64,000 nucleotides of DNA from Lepidodermella squamata (taxonomy: Eukaryota; Animalia; Gastrotricha): NCBI GenBank assembly GCA_047495785.1, contig JBLDXI010000064.1, positions 744,001-808,000 on the forward strand, read 5' to 3'. This document shows positions 48,580 through 61,706 of the stretch, in pieces (position 1 is the stretch's first letter; each line of letters begins with the position of its first letter). Position numbers and translations under genes: made by a program. The notes beneath the pieces are model-generated. The model made no database searches, had not been told where the DNA came from, and saw only the letters and a program-made list of their open reading frames with translations.

Positions 48580-50720
48580 ATCTTTCGTCCAGAGCAATTC
48601 GGCTTCACGCCAAGAGTGGAACGAGGCGCAGCCGAGTGTAACGAGTGCGGAGACGAGTTTCAACGTTTCCTACTTTTTCAGGCCACTTTTTCTGCCTACT
48701 GTTTATTGAACGTAGTATCGCCAACCAAGAGACTCATTCTTCGTGCGGCGAGTGTAACACACACACACAGACGAACACACTGTGTTAGCAATAATGCGTG
48801 CGTTGCAAAACTAGCACGAATTTGGCGTGGTTGCAGCGATTTCAGTAAATTGGATACGCTCTCGAAGTTGGTAATAATTTCTATGAGCTAAGCGTGTTCG
48901 GCAGGTGCTAGTTGATGCTCAATTACAGCAGCAAATTTGATTAAAGTGAGGTGAAAAACTTGCGTAACTCAGTCCCTGAAAATTAGAAGCCGTGCTCTAA
49001 TAATGTTAGATCACTCGTTTTGATACTAATCTCGAAAACGCTCCTTAACGGCGGATTTTTTTCTAATTACGCGTTTTCTCGATTAGAATCAAAACTCGGT
49101 GTTCTAACATATATTAGAAACATGTACGCAGAAAATAAGCTATTTTTGAGGTTGAAGGCGTCGATATGGTTTAGCAACCCGATCACGTCGAATGTAGGCG
49201 TGCGGCAGGGCGACCCGCTCTCCCCGCTCTTATTTTGCATATTCATAAACGATTTGATTCCTCATCTAATGAAAGTCTTCCCGGGACTAACCTTCAGAGA
49301 ATACGTGATTTTAGCGATACTTTACGCAGACGACCTCGCGTTGATGGCGGAGAGCCCGGAACAATTACAACTAATGCTAGATGAACTTCAAGCGTATGCA
49401 TGTCAGAATTCGCTTAAAATTAACGTAGAGAAAACGAAGATTATGGTTTTTGAAAAGAGATTCTCAGAAAAATTCGATTTCAATTTTTATCTGAACGGAG
49501 AAAAGCTCGAAAAAGTTAAAGAATTTAAATACCTAGGTGTTTATTTTACCCATAACCTGAATTTTGATAAAATGGTTGAGGTTGTCAATGCGAACACGAA
49601 AAGAATATCTGCTATGCTACCAAATTTGATCGAAAAATTAACACCTTATCTACCCCCTAACACTTTTAATTTGTTATACAACTCCTACCTTGTCGGAAAC
49701 TATACCTACGGAGGTGGTTTCTGGGGTCAAACGAAGAAATCAAAAGTTTTCCCTTTCAATACACATTTCGTTAAACAACTCTGTCGCTTGCCTTCATCGG
49801 CGAGAGATGAGCTGGTTAAACGTGAATTTTACCTCGAACCCCCATCTTTGATTTTAACAAAGGCGGCCGTTCGGTATTTTTTGAGACTGAAATTCGAGGA
49901 CAAACACGTACTTTTGAAAACAGCTTTCCAAACTATTGATTCAAATAAAAAATTATATAAACATATATTTATGAATTTGACTGACGACGTGAATAAATTA
50001 GGAGGAGAGGAAATCTTTGAAGCCACTTCTCAATTTGAGGGTCTTGCCCTACTTGCGAAATGGTTTGAAAGATGGGTGAACGACGACAAATTGTCGACAA
50101 TCTCCTCCTTAAAAACATTATACCAAAATCCGGTATATACCGATGAAAATTATAACAAATTATTGCTATACTCCAGTACTAGGAAAGCTTTCTGGTCGAT
50201 GAAAAACATTCAAACTTTAGCTACGCTCCGAACTAACTCTATTCATAAACCTTTCTGTTATATAAATAATTTTGGTATTAAATGTATTTTCTGTTTCAAA
50301 TTCAGCGATGATCTTCTTTCTTCCGTCAAAGTTTATCTAGATGCGACCGACCTCTTAACTCACCTGTACACTGATTGTAAGCATACTCCGTATTACAAAA
50401 ATAATATTGATGACAATTCTGACGATACTATTGTCGACCCGAAAGATATCTACGAATCAATCAACTGCTGTAAATCTGTGAAAAATGTAAATTTATCTAG
50501 AATAATATCTTTAGCTCATCTCTATCGTACAACGCTAAAATCTACTGTGTATCCACCCGTCGCTATTTTCGAAACAACGTAATACCTCGATAATTATAAA
50601 CTATAACTAATATATAATAATCTACAATTATCATTACTTGTAATCACGTGCGAAGTGGCACTTTGATGTGTGCGCCCAAAGCCCACCCGTGGCCGGTGCT
50701 TTATATAATAACCTAAAGAA
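48580..50720 (+). mobile_element. Non-LTR retrotransposon ORF2 (RT plus C-terminal CxxC..HxxxxC), 5'-truncated and interrupted at 48612-49110
   Basis: RPEQFGF, GVRQGDPLSPLLF, LYADD, FKYLGV. Confidence 0.9.
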
Positions 50721-50903
50721 TAAAAATACACAGCTTATATAATAACCTAAAGAATAAAAATACACAGCTTGCTACCACGCAATCAGTGCAGGTTATCGAC
50801 AAAAATGTGTCATACGCATGCGATCAGAAGTCAACACGTGGCATTTAAAGTCGACTGAAGCGTCGATGAGCGTGAGCAGAACGATAATCTGAATTCACTT
50901 ATC

Positions 50904-53900
50904 TTGAAATTGTATCGAACCGGCAATAGGGCCCTGTACGTTAAAAAACAGAAGCAAGCAATCTCTGAGCATTTATCATTTTTCGACGACGAATGTCAAA
51001 CCAAACGCGAATTAATTAGAAAATCCAGGAAATTAGCTCTTAGACATCCTTCAAATCCGCTATACAAAGCTGATATGGACAGACACGAAGTAGAATATAG
51101 ACAGTTACTCCGCTCGAAAAAAGAACAGCATGAAGGTAGACTGCAAGCGGAGGCCGTAGAATTTGCCGAATTAATTGAGACACACCCAGCCGACTTTTTC
51201 AAACTAGCAAAAGAACTAGATCGCCTGAAGAGCATTGAAACCAACGTCGAGATGCCTGATGCCAGCGAAATAATTAGCTTTTTCAGTCAGCTTTTCACCG
51301 CGTCAACAACGGGGCCGGCTAGCCCTACGTCTCCAACAGCTGCGGCACGGGCAACGAACGACCCACATGACCTAGCTCTCGTAAAACCAGTATCAGTAGT
51401 AGAAATTGAATTAATTGTAGCTAAAGCTAAATCCAGTTCTAGTGCGGGTATAGACCAGATTGACTACGAATGTCTGAAATTAGACGGCTGTAAGCGAGGA
51501 CTATATCCCTTCCTAGCAGTTTTATACAGGGTGTTTCAGAACTCGCGCACTATATGAATAGCATGCGGCAAATGCGCGCGCATTGTTATGCGCTTATACT
51601 ATTATACGCGTATACTATTTTACCTATAAATGTACTACACACTACTGTAGTCAGCGTATAAAATATGCGTAATACATAAATGTACAGCATACATAATAGC
51701 ACTGCCGCACTTTTTTTCTGGCGGAAACCTTCGAGCCTCGATAAATTTGAGCCGAGTTTCATTAAATATCTTTTTTATTTCGAGGATGATGTCATGTTTT
51801 TCTGTAACGTGCTGATAGATTGGACTCTGAAGCGAGAGGATTCGAAACAATTTCTCAATTTCCGCGGCTGGATATTTCAGAAAATGATGATTTCTGAGAA
51901 AATTCTGATTTTACTTGATGTTGAATTCGTTGAAAAATCTATCATTGATTAGTCTCCTGCCTTTGCATCATTATTTTTTTCACGTTGCGTGAATACAAGA
52001 CTTCGACTGCACAAGCTTAGCAAAAATGACGTAGTTTTAACCACTGGCATGAGTTCTACATCGAGTAAAGAACGAAAATCAAGATTTCAGGTTCATAACG
52101 TCGAATAAAGGCAGCGATTCCATTTCGTGGATAACTAATCAAAATTGTCACGAAATGACAGCCAAGAAATCTAGGACAAAATGATGGACAGTAAAGAACA
52201 ACAAACTCATGGCTAGAATTTTCATGATCATCCGAAAATCCGAGAAAAAGTGAAAAATTGACGTTTTCCAGACTTTAAGCTACGGCATCTCCGAAAGACC
52301 GAGGGTGACAATTACATTTTTTCATATCACAAGACAGCCAAAGATGTCCTCTACCAGGCTGGTTGGTCGCGCAAAAAGTCTATCCACAGGGTTCGCAAGG
52401 AATCGCATGTCAAATGTCACAAAAATCGACGTAGTTAGGCCGTTTTCAGCCGCAAACGGGTCATCTTTGCGACCATCCCTCTTGAGAGCCCGTGGATGGA
52501 TTTTTTATTTCTTGATATCGTTGGAAAGCCCAAGAACTGGTCTACAAGGCTGGTTGGTCGCGCAAAAAGTCTATCCACAGGGTTAGTGAGGAATTGCATG
52601 TCAAATGTCACGAAAAACGTCGTGGAGAGGCTGTTTAAGGTAACTTCAATGTTTTTGCGTCGATTATTATGCGAGTGGTAAACGAAATTTTCCCGTGGAA
52701 GCGACTGAGTTTCTGCTTACAAATTTTAGCTCACGGAAATGTTTAAACTCAATCAGAGTGTTGCAACATCACATTTTCTCACGACTTTCTTCACTTCTTC
52801 TCAATTTTTACTGCTCTTTTCAAGAGTGAATGATCGTGAAATAAAATTCATGGAATTAAACAACAGCAACGGATTAAAAATCACATCATCTGGAATAATT
52901 TTCATCGTATTTGTATTGCAAACCCGAAATTTATTCATAGCCGCATTAAAAGCCTGTCCTGTTAGAGGTTTCTTCATTGAGAAATCGGCAAATTTCCAGA
53001 TATTTTGCAAGAGCAAGTCTTATTGCCTAGCGATATCCCTATTAATGCAGCAGCGTTACGGTACATACGAGTTCGATTTGCGCATTTTATAATGCCCGCA
53101 TACCGCTTGCACGCCATATGGGAAGTATAACGCCAACTACATAGCATATACGCATTACCGTTTGCGCTAGCCGCGCCTTACACTATGCATCAATATAAAC
53201 ATAAGTATGTGCGCGGAATGTATGCGCAGCGCGCGCACGTTTACTCTGGATACCATGGCAACCATTTGCCGCAGGTTATTCTAGTGCGCAAGTTCTGAAA
53301 CACCCTGTATACTAAGATCCTGGAAACGGGAGAATACCCAGAATGCTGGCGCAAAGCATTGCTGATCCCCATCTATAAGAAAAACAGCCGACTAGATCCT
53401 AAAAATTATAGACCTATCTCACTTCTGTCCGTATTTGCCAAAATATTTTCAAGTATCCTAGAGAAACGCTTGCGAGAATGGTGCACGGCTAAAAATATAT
53501 TGCGACCCGAACAGTTCGGATTCACGCCAAAAATAGGCACAGTAGATGCGTGTACTCTATTCTACGCCATAGTGGCTTTTTACCTCACTAGGAAAAAGAA
53601 AGTATACGCTGCCTTCGTAGATTTTTCAAATGCGTTCGACAAAATTAGCCGTGCTCTCTTGATGAAGAAGCTCAGAAAAATAGGACTGCCTTCGTCCTTT
53701 ATTGAGGTGATTAGGAAGAAAAAATGTGATGAGTGATAAGGAGAAAAATCTATATAAACACATCTTCAAAAATTTACCAGAAGATGTTGAAAAATTAGGC
53801 GGAAAAGAAATTTTTAACGCTACATCTAAATTTGAGGGCCTAGCCCTGCTTGAGAGATGGTACGAGAAATGGGTCGAAAATGATAAATTTTCGACGGCCT

Positions 53901-54620
53901 CATCTCTGAAATCGCTCTACCAAAATCCTGTCTACTCTGAAGAGAAATTCGACAAACTATTAATATACTCTAGTACGCGGCAAGCGTTCTCGTCAATTAA
54001 AAATATTCAAACTCTAGCGATGATCAGAACTAATTCCTTACACAAACCGTTTTGCTACATAAATAACTTCGGCCTTAGATGTATCTTCTGCTTGAAAAAT
54101 AGTAATAATCCCGCCCTATCTCTAAATAGCTTCTCGGACTCTGTCGAATTGCTAACACACCTATATGTAGAATGTAACCACTTGCCATTGCTATATAATA
54201 TTAATAACGCCGAAATAAAACCCGATAAACGCGACATTATCAATTCTATAATTCGTTGCGAATCCAGCGGCTCTGCCCATCTTTCAAAAATACTATCTCT
54301 CGCCTACAGTTACCGTACGACGTTAAAGCTACATATATATCCTTCTATTTTGGTTAAAATAAATGTAAGTAAAATATCGCTCTCATAAATTATATTAAAT
54401 TATATTATCTGCACGTGTGATTGTGACGTCTGAATCTGTAATATATTTCGAACGACGCACGCGTATACCTCTCGACGCCTATCTATATGTTATATCTATC
54501 TATATGTTATCTATAAGTTATACGTTATATCTATATGTCATATCGCCAAAGAGTTGTGATATTTGTGGTGCGCCCAAAGCCCAACCGTGGCCGGTGATTT
54601 TTATTTCTTTTGAAACAATA
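50904..54620 (+). mobile_element. Second, internally deleted copy of the same LINE family, split by a Tc1-like element
   Basis: SAGIDQI, PIYKK..DPKNYRPISLLS, FVDFSNAFD; C-terminus and 3' motif gtgcgcccaaagccca..cgtggccgg shared with the first copy. Confidence 0.85.
51527..53307. mobile_element. Non-autonomous Tc1/mariner-like element, copy 1
   Basis: TIR CAGGGTGTTTCAGAACT, TA TSD; LINE frame resumes on removal. Confidence 0.9.
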
Positions 54621-54629
54621 AAACAAACA

Positions 54630-54840
54630 GCTTGCTTTAAAGTCGACTTTAAGGCGATAAAGTCGAGGCCGGTCGACTTTATCGGCCGTAGTACATTTAT
54701 GTTTGCGAGATAAAACCGACTTTAGTGAATTAAAGTTGACTTTACGTTCGTAAATCATACCGGTCATAAAGTCGACTTTATTTCTAGGCGATAAAGTCGA
54801 CTTTATGGGATAAAGTTAACTTTATCGATAAAGACGGCTT
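54630..54840. repeat. Cluster of palindromic aaagtcgacttt motifs (MITE-like)
   Basis: Several exact and variant copies. Confidence 0.5.
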
Positions 54841-55242
54841 CGAAAATAACCCCCATAGGTTGTTACAACAACATAGAGCTTGTGAGGAATAGTGTTATGG
54901 AGACCACACTCATGGATAAAGCTGTTAACGCGAAATGGAAAATCAATAATTTGTGGATGAGGCAAAAAATCAGCAAAAAATGGTTATTTACAATTTATCA
55001 CGCCGCCTTTTTCAGCCACTCGCCATTACGCTCATAAAAAATGCCAGTGCCAGGTAGTAGGCGCCAGTTTTCTCCGGTTTGGATGCCGATTTTACCAATT
55101 TTGAACACATTTTCAGAATCCTCAGCTCATTTCCAATCGTACCCATGTAACAAAAGTTTCTAAATAAACGCAAAAAGTTACATTTCCAACTTGGTAAACA
55201 TTCCAGAACAGAAATGTGATTAGTCTGCGTGATTCATTGGTT

Positions 55243-56322
55243 TCAACACGTTGACGTCGCTCGACTTGCTCCTCTCGACCTCAGCAAATCGGCCACGTCG
55301 GCTTTCTTTGCGCAAATCGCGCGATCAAGAGCTGTTGTACCTAATGTTGCAGTGACGTCCTTATTTGCACCTCTATCCAGCAACAGTCGAACTACTTCGA
55401 CTTGCCCAAGAAGAGCTGCATACATCAACGCCGTCGAGCCACCGTTATCCTTGGCCTCGATGTCAGCGTTGCGATCCAGCAACAGTCGAACTACTCCGAC
55501 TGTCCCGTTCGAAACCGCCCCGATCAACGACGTCCAGCCAATGTTATCCTTGGCCTCGATGGCAGCGTTGCGATCCAGCAACAGTCGAGCTACTTCGACT
55601 TGCCCATACCTAGCCGCCTGCATCAACGCCGTCCTGCCGAAGCCATCCTTCGCCTCGATGTTAGCTCGGCGATCCAGCAACAGTCGAGCTACTTCGACTT
55701 GCCCATACAAAGCCGCCCACATCAACGCCGTCGAGCCATCATCAGCCTTCGCCTCGACGTCAGCGTTGCGATCCAGCAACAGTCGAGCTACTTCGACTTG
55801 CCCAAACAAAGCCGCATGCATCAACGACCTCCAGCCAATGTTAGTCTTGGCCTCGATGGCAGCGTTGCGATCCAGCAACAGTCGAGCTACTTCGACGCGC
55901 CCATTCTGAGCCGCATTCATCAACGCCGTCGAGCCATCTTTAGCCTTGGCCTCGACGTCAGCGTTGCGATCCAGCAACAGTCGAACTACTTCGACTTGCC
56001 CACTCTCAGCCGCCCACATCAACGCCGTCCTGTCCCTGGAATCTTCCTTTAAATTCACGTCGGCTCCACGATCGACAAACAGCTGAGCGACCTGCATTTG
56101 CTGGTCGGATCGTGTCTGATTGCATGTAAATGTAACACTATGCAGCAGGCTGCCATTAGTCACATGATACCAACCACCACAGTTAATCGCCTCTGGGTTG
56201 CGCCAGTTCGGGTCGAATTTGCCGCCTGTGGATTCGTCGATCTCCGCAACGAGTTGCCGCACCTGCGCCACGTCGGCGGTGTTTCTTGTCACATTCCACA
56301 ACTGCACGTACACCTCGCGGAC
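55243..56322 (-). CDS. Terminal ankyrin-array exon, unit 3
   Basis: Same N-cap/7-repeat/C-cap layout; phase-0 acceptor tttag|GTC CGC GAG GTG. Confidence 0.85.
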   Translation of the reverse strand, partial: VREVYVQLWNVTRNTADVAQVRQLVAEIDESTGGKFDPNWRNPEAINCGGWYHVTNGSLLHSVTFTCNQTRSDQQMQVAQLFVDRGADVNLKEDSRDRTALMWAAESGQVEVVRLLLDRNADVEAKAKDGSTALMNAAQNGRVEVARLLLDRNAAIEAKTNIGWRSLMHAALFGQVEVARLLLDRNADVEAKADDGSTALMWAALYGQVEVARLLLDRRANIEAKDGFGRTALMQAARYGQVEVARLLLDRNAAIEAKDNIGWTSLIGAVSNGTVGVVRLLLDRNADIEAKDNGGSTALMYAALLGQVEVVRLLLDRGANKDVTATLGTTALDRAICAKKADVADLLRSRGASRATSTC

Positions 56323-57133
56323 CTAAATGTAACAAAGAACAAAAAGAAATTGTAATCCCTATAGAGCCTGGCTATTTGAGAAATCCTAAAGCTGAAGGCG
56401 CACTATTTCTTTGCAGGCAAGCAAAGAAGTAACTATAACTAACGACATTATAGGTTCGATTTGGAAGAGAAGGAAGGTTCTGGCACAAAACAACAATAAC
56501 ATATCGTTAGGGACGTTGAATAACCCGGATTTAGGCTTGTTTACTTCCGTTTCAAGGTCATGGGTGACAAGTAAGAAGCGGCTTTTTAACCTTTCAGTTC
56601 CTATTCTCGGCCGGTCCGGCCATTTTTGTTTTCAAGTTGATAATTTTTTATGTTTACCGAGACGTGTGATCTTGAGCAGCTGTGACTTTTACTAAAATTT
56701 TGTGCGGAATCCGAATATGAAGTTTGTTTTGACATATCTGTCACCGTTGAGGAGTGGCAAGCGATTTGTCAAAGGGTGGTAAACGTCAAATTTTCAAAAT
56801 GGCGTAACATCATTATTTCTTTGAGTATTAAGGTTGATAAGTCAACTTATTTTGACATATTTAGCAGTCATTAGCAGCATAGCAGCATAGCATTTTCTTT
56901 ATTTTATCTTTTCCTTCATTAATTGATCAACAATAACATAACAATAACAATTGAGTTCAAGTACAGAAACGAAGAAACAAAAATGAGAAGGAAAAATGAT
57001 AAAATAAAATTCACTCCGGTGTACCCAATTTGCCGGGCGTGATGTAAATTTTGTTCACGCCAAGCGAACCGAGTGTCGGAGGAGGACCGGTAGCAAGCTA
57101 CCTATCCTGATCGTCCACCTCGAAAATTCATCC

Positions 57134-60100
57134 TTAATCTGATATTTCAATTTTACCCAAATAACTATGAATTTTTTCTCTCCAAGTAGTTCTATCCTGG
57201 GCCAGGGCGTCGGCCTCCTCAAAACTGTTAATCCCTATTTTGTTCAGATGTTTTTTGATGCAATCAATCCACCTTAATTTTGGTCGCCCTCGAGGTCTAC
57301 TCCAAGTGTCATCCGGCGGCTGCCAGTACCGCATCTGGCTTGCCAGCCTTACGGGGTCCATGCGAGCGACGTGCCCGTACCAGCGAAGTTGCCGCCTAGC
57401 AATTTTGAATGTAAATTGTTCTGAACCACACAAATTTCTAATGACCTCATTGCGAATCCTGTCCCTAAGTGTTACTCCGCATATCTTACGCAAATAACGC
57501 ATATAGCCTACGTCGAGTCGCCTCGCATCCTCAGAAGTTATAGTCCAACTTTCGCTGCCATGCATGATAGTCGCATCCACAACGCCCTTTAAACATTTCA
57601 TTTTTTCTTTAGTCGGGACAGATCGATTGCCAAAAATATATTTCCGCATAGCGCCAAACGCTTTGTTGCCTTTTTCTAAACGAGTCCTTACATCAGCCTC
57701 ATTTACCCTCATAAATTTAGTTTTTGGAACATTAATTTTCAAGCCCAAGTGTCCACATGCTTCAACAAAAATATCAATAATTAGCTGCATTTCCCCCCAA
57801 TCCTGCGATAATAAAGCAGTATCATCCGCGAATGCTAGTAACATTGAAGAAACCTTTTTTCGGCAGAAAAGTACTTTTTTCCGCAGAAAATTTCTCTTTT
57901 CGGCAGAGAGTACTCTTTTCGGCAGAGAATACTTTTTTCAGCAGAAAATTCTACTCTTTTCCGCAGGAAATTTTTGTTTGTCGATTAAAATTAAATTTTT
58001 TTACCATAATGATCACCGTTCATTCCTGAGTCGTCCTATGTGTTCATTTCGATGCTATCACCAAAGGAAATCCAGGCGAAAGCTACGCGTCGGCTGGCGA
58101 TGAACTTCAAATCGTTTGGCCACTTTTACTACAGCCTGTCGAACATTTACCTCGTCAACTTCTCGGCGCATGCGGCTTGCACGTGCATCTTGGGGTCGAA
58201 GAAAACAATCTGCGTCCACCAAGTCATGGTTCGCCATTTGGCCAAGTTTCCGGACAGTGAAGTACCGAAGCACTGTCGTGTTAGCAGCCTGGGTGGTGTA
58301 ACCGGAGGTCGACCCAGGAAGATGTCGAAAGCACTCAACTTCGATCTGAAGGACCGTCCGAAGAGACCTATCCGGCAATCAGCTTTGAAAGCAAAAGAAA
58401 ACACATTCGATGACGATGAAGATGATACTCCGATTCGCTCCAAACGAAAAGCGCCAGCAAGAATAATCGAATCTGACAACGAAGAAAATCTTGAACCGAA
58501 TTCAGAGTCGAAGTCATCTGAAGAGAGTGTTGAAGTCGCCTTCCCTCGAAATGGCGAGAAGTTCGATCGCTATACAGTTGTCGACGTTCAAGGGGACGGA
58601 AATTGCGTTTACCGATCGTTTGCCCATCTTTTGAACGGTTCAGAGGAAGACCACTTGGAGTTTCGCAACAAAACAGTGACTTGGTTGATGGACAACGAGG
58701 AATCAACGGAGCCATTTGTTGCTAGGCTGTATAAGAAGGATGCGAAACGCACATTTGACTTGCACGATTTCACGAAGTCGACCACAGCAAACTTGAAATA
58801 TCCCCGATCAAAAGCTCTTCAGTTGGTCGCAAACGACAATACCACGTCTTTTACACGGGTGTTCACTATATGGCTTTGAGTCGCTAATTATTCGTGTCGT
58901 GACGTCGAAATAATGAACATGACAAAATAAACACATAGGACGACTCAGGAATGAACGGTGATCATTATGGTAAAAAAAATTTAATTTTAATCGACAAACA
59001 AAAATTTTCTGCGGAAAAGAGTAGAATTTTCTGCTGAAAAAAGTATTCTCTGCCGAAAAGAGTACTCTCTGCCGAAAAGAGAAATTTTCTGCGGAAAAAG
59101 TACTTTTCTGCCGAAAAAAGTATGCCTTTAACTTCGTCGGTTAAAGGCATACCTGTCTTTTCTAATTTTACTCTCTTGCAGACTACATTAAATACCGCTA
59201 TAAATAACAGGGGCGACAATGGGCAGCCTTGTCTCAGTCCCTTGGTCACCCGGAAGGGTTTCGCGCTTACGCCATTTACTCGGACAGTAGCAATGCTATC
59301 CCTGTATAATGCCTTGATGTTATCTATAAGATCGCGAGAAACCCCTAGGTCTTCGAGCGCTTTCCACACTTGTTCGCGGTCGACAAAATCATAAGCTTTT
59401 TCCAGGTCCATAAATGTAATAAAAATACTCCTGTTGAATTCAATAATTTTTTCCATGATTTGCCTTAATATAAAAGTACAATCACCCGTTCCCTTATTTT
59501 GCATAAAACCATGTTGAAATTCTTCTAATTTTATATTTATTTCATCCCGAAGCCGCTTTTCAAGAATTCGCGCGTAACATTTTGCAATGATACTAATTAG
59601 ACTTATGCCGCGGTAATTATTGCACATATTTTAATCTCCTTTTTTGGCACTGGGATCAGAATTAAATTCAGAAAATCATCAGGAACGCGTTTTTCAGCCC
59701 ATATTTTATTGAAGAGAAACTCTAGCCATTCAATTTTCGAATTTTGTAGCGCATTAAGCATTTCTAATCTAATTTCATCGAGACCGGGTGATTTTCTTAA
59801 TTTTTCCTTTGAAATTGCGAGCTGAATCTCGTCGCGTGTTATCGGTTTCATGACGCGCGTTTCACATTTACTAGTAAATTCTAAATTTTCATTCAATTTA
59901 TTTATTTCCCCAGCTAATATTTCCACCCCATCTACAACTCCCATAAAATAACGTCTCCATCTGTCTGCTACTTGAATTTTGTCTGATAAAATTCTCCCAT
60001 TTTCGTGTTCGATTACAATTTTATAGTCGTGCTTGTCCGACCCTTTAGTTAGAGAAGCTATTAGATGCCAAAAGAACGACTTTGCTTCCTGAGGCTTATC

Positions 60101-60510
60101 TCTGAGCGCGTAGAACTTATTTCCAAGTTCCTTTTTGACTTCGTCCTTAGCCTGTCTTATAACCTTCTTTTCGCTGTTGCGCTCCTCAACGTAATCGTCC
60201 CACAGTTTATTCAAATCTGCGCTAGTAGCAACGCCGAGTTCATCTAACCGTTTCCTTTCCTTCGCGAATAGTTTAAATTTCCGCTTTTTTGCCGCTGCTT
60301 TTCTCCTAGTTTTATTGCCCCACCACCTAGTTCGCTTACCATTTTTCCTAACTCGTTTTTTCCCGCAGATTTTTGCACTTTCCGCCTCCAGCGTCTTCAG
60401 TTTTAGCCACACATCCTCAGCTGAAGTTGTCCTATCTACGTCACTTAATTTCTGGTCCATCACCTGCTTCAATTTATTAGAAAAAGTTGGCTGTTCTAGC
60501 CGCTCATGAG
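57134..60510 (-). mobile_element. RTE-like LINE ORF2, frameshifted and interrupted
   Basis: KSPGLDEI, NYRGISL, DLEKAYD, GLRQGCPLSPLLF, FADD, LRWYGHVARM. Confidence 0.9.
57855..59120 (+). mobile_element. Internally deleted Mutator-like element with ~190-bp TIRs; ORF 58040-58879 has SWIM-like and OTU-like motifs
   Basis: Near-perfect long inverted repeats; CTC..C.H, GRPRK, GDGNCVYRS. Confidence 0.75.
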
Positions 60511-61706
60511 CCGTGCGCCATGTCTCTTCAACTATATCTTCAACTTGTCATTTTTGCGGTCTAGATCGAATCTCATCCGTACACATAATAACAAATGATC
60601 AGGGCCCAAACAAGCATCTGGTCCATCTGGTCCATCTGGTCCAAACAAGCCCAAACAAGCATCTGCTATCGTTTCGCAGGCGAAAACGTTTTTTCTTAAG
60701 TATTGTCGCCCAAGTCCGAAAGCGACCACATCGCGCTCTGGTCGACCAGGATGCGACGGGCCTACAATCTCTCCTATCAAACACCAATGTCGGGCTTCGG
60801 CTCGTAGGTGTCGACCGAGGTACGGTGGGCTCCAAATCGAGGACAGTGGACGCGCGCGCGCGCATTGTCCCGCCGTGCTCTAGCTCACGCGCGCTCTAGC
60901 TGATTTAATTTGATTTGCCGCCTAAATCACGGGCATCCTTCAATCAATCAAGATGAATCGTTGTCCCACTTGTACGTTGTCCCACATGTAAATCAAATCA
61001 AATCATGGAATAGGGAACCTTGAGACCGCTTTTTCCACGTTGAACTGCTTACCACAGTGATGCGCAAACTCTTGAGGCTTGTGCAGTCGGCGATTTGGTA
61101 TAATAGCTCTGGTTGAGTAAACCATAGATCTAGGCGCCTTAATTTCATGGGGCAATTTTTGCACTTGTACAATTATTTCAGCAGTGTGGCCGGTTAGGGA
61201 CATTTCCGGCCGCCAATATTGTCGGTAATTAAAAAAGTTTGCGCTTCAACTGCGTTCAACTAGCTGAATCACATCACGCCATTCTTCTGTTGCTGATACA
61301 ATGTTCTCTCGACGCTTGAATTCGTGTTTAGGTTTTCAGCTATTTCACAGGAGACTATTGGCGATGCTCGCGTTAATATGAATCAGAAATTCACTGCAAT
61401 TTTTAGGACTCAGTTTTACACGTTTTACACGTGCGCACGGGCGGAAGTTTAAAAGCCGCAGGAAAAAATCATAACATTTCAAAGAAATTTATAGACAAGC
61501 CTGCCATTTTTACACTATTTTCAGCTCGAATTGTTAAGAAATACCGTTAGCTAAAGCTGGCTTTGCTCGCATATTCAGTAATTTAGTTTTTAATTCAGCT
61601 GGCAAGTTGACTACTGGAAAATTCCATAGTTTAAGAGTTTCCATCACTGATAGCAATTGCAAAAGTGCTAGAGAATAAAGAAAATGTTATGTTATGTGTT
61701 ATGATA

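Noticed and set aside
55243-56050. 99-bp periodic repeats as a CRISPR-like array
   Set aside because: The period equals 33 codons of ankyrin repeat; eukaryotic context and no cas genes
56400-56450. Short - strand ORF MSLVIVTSLLACKEI as a private leader exon for ankyrin unit 3; also a trans-spliced leader supplying AUG
   Set aside because: Weak donor and not conserved in units 1-2; the phase-matched CCP donor explains the acceptor better, though these alternatives are not formally excluded
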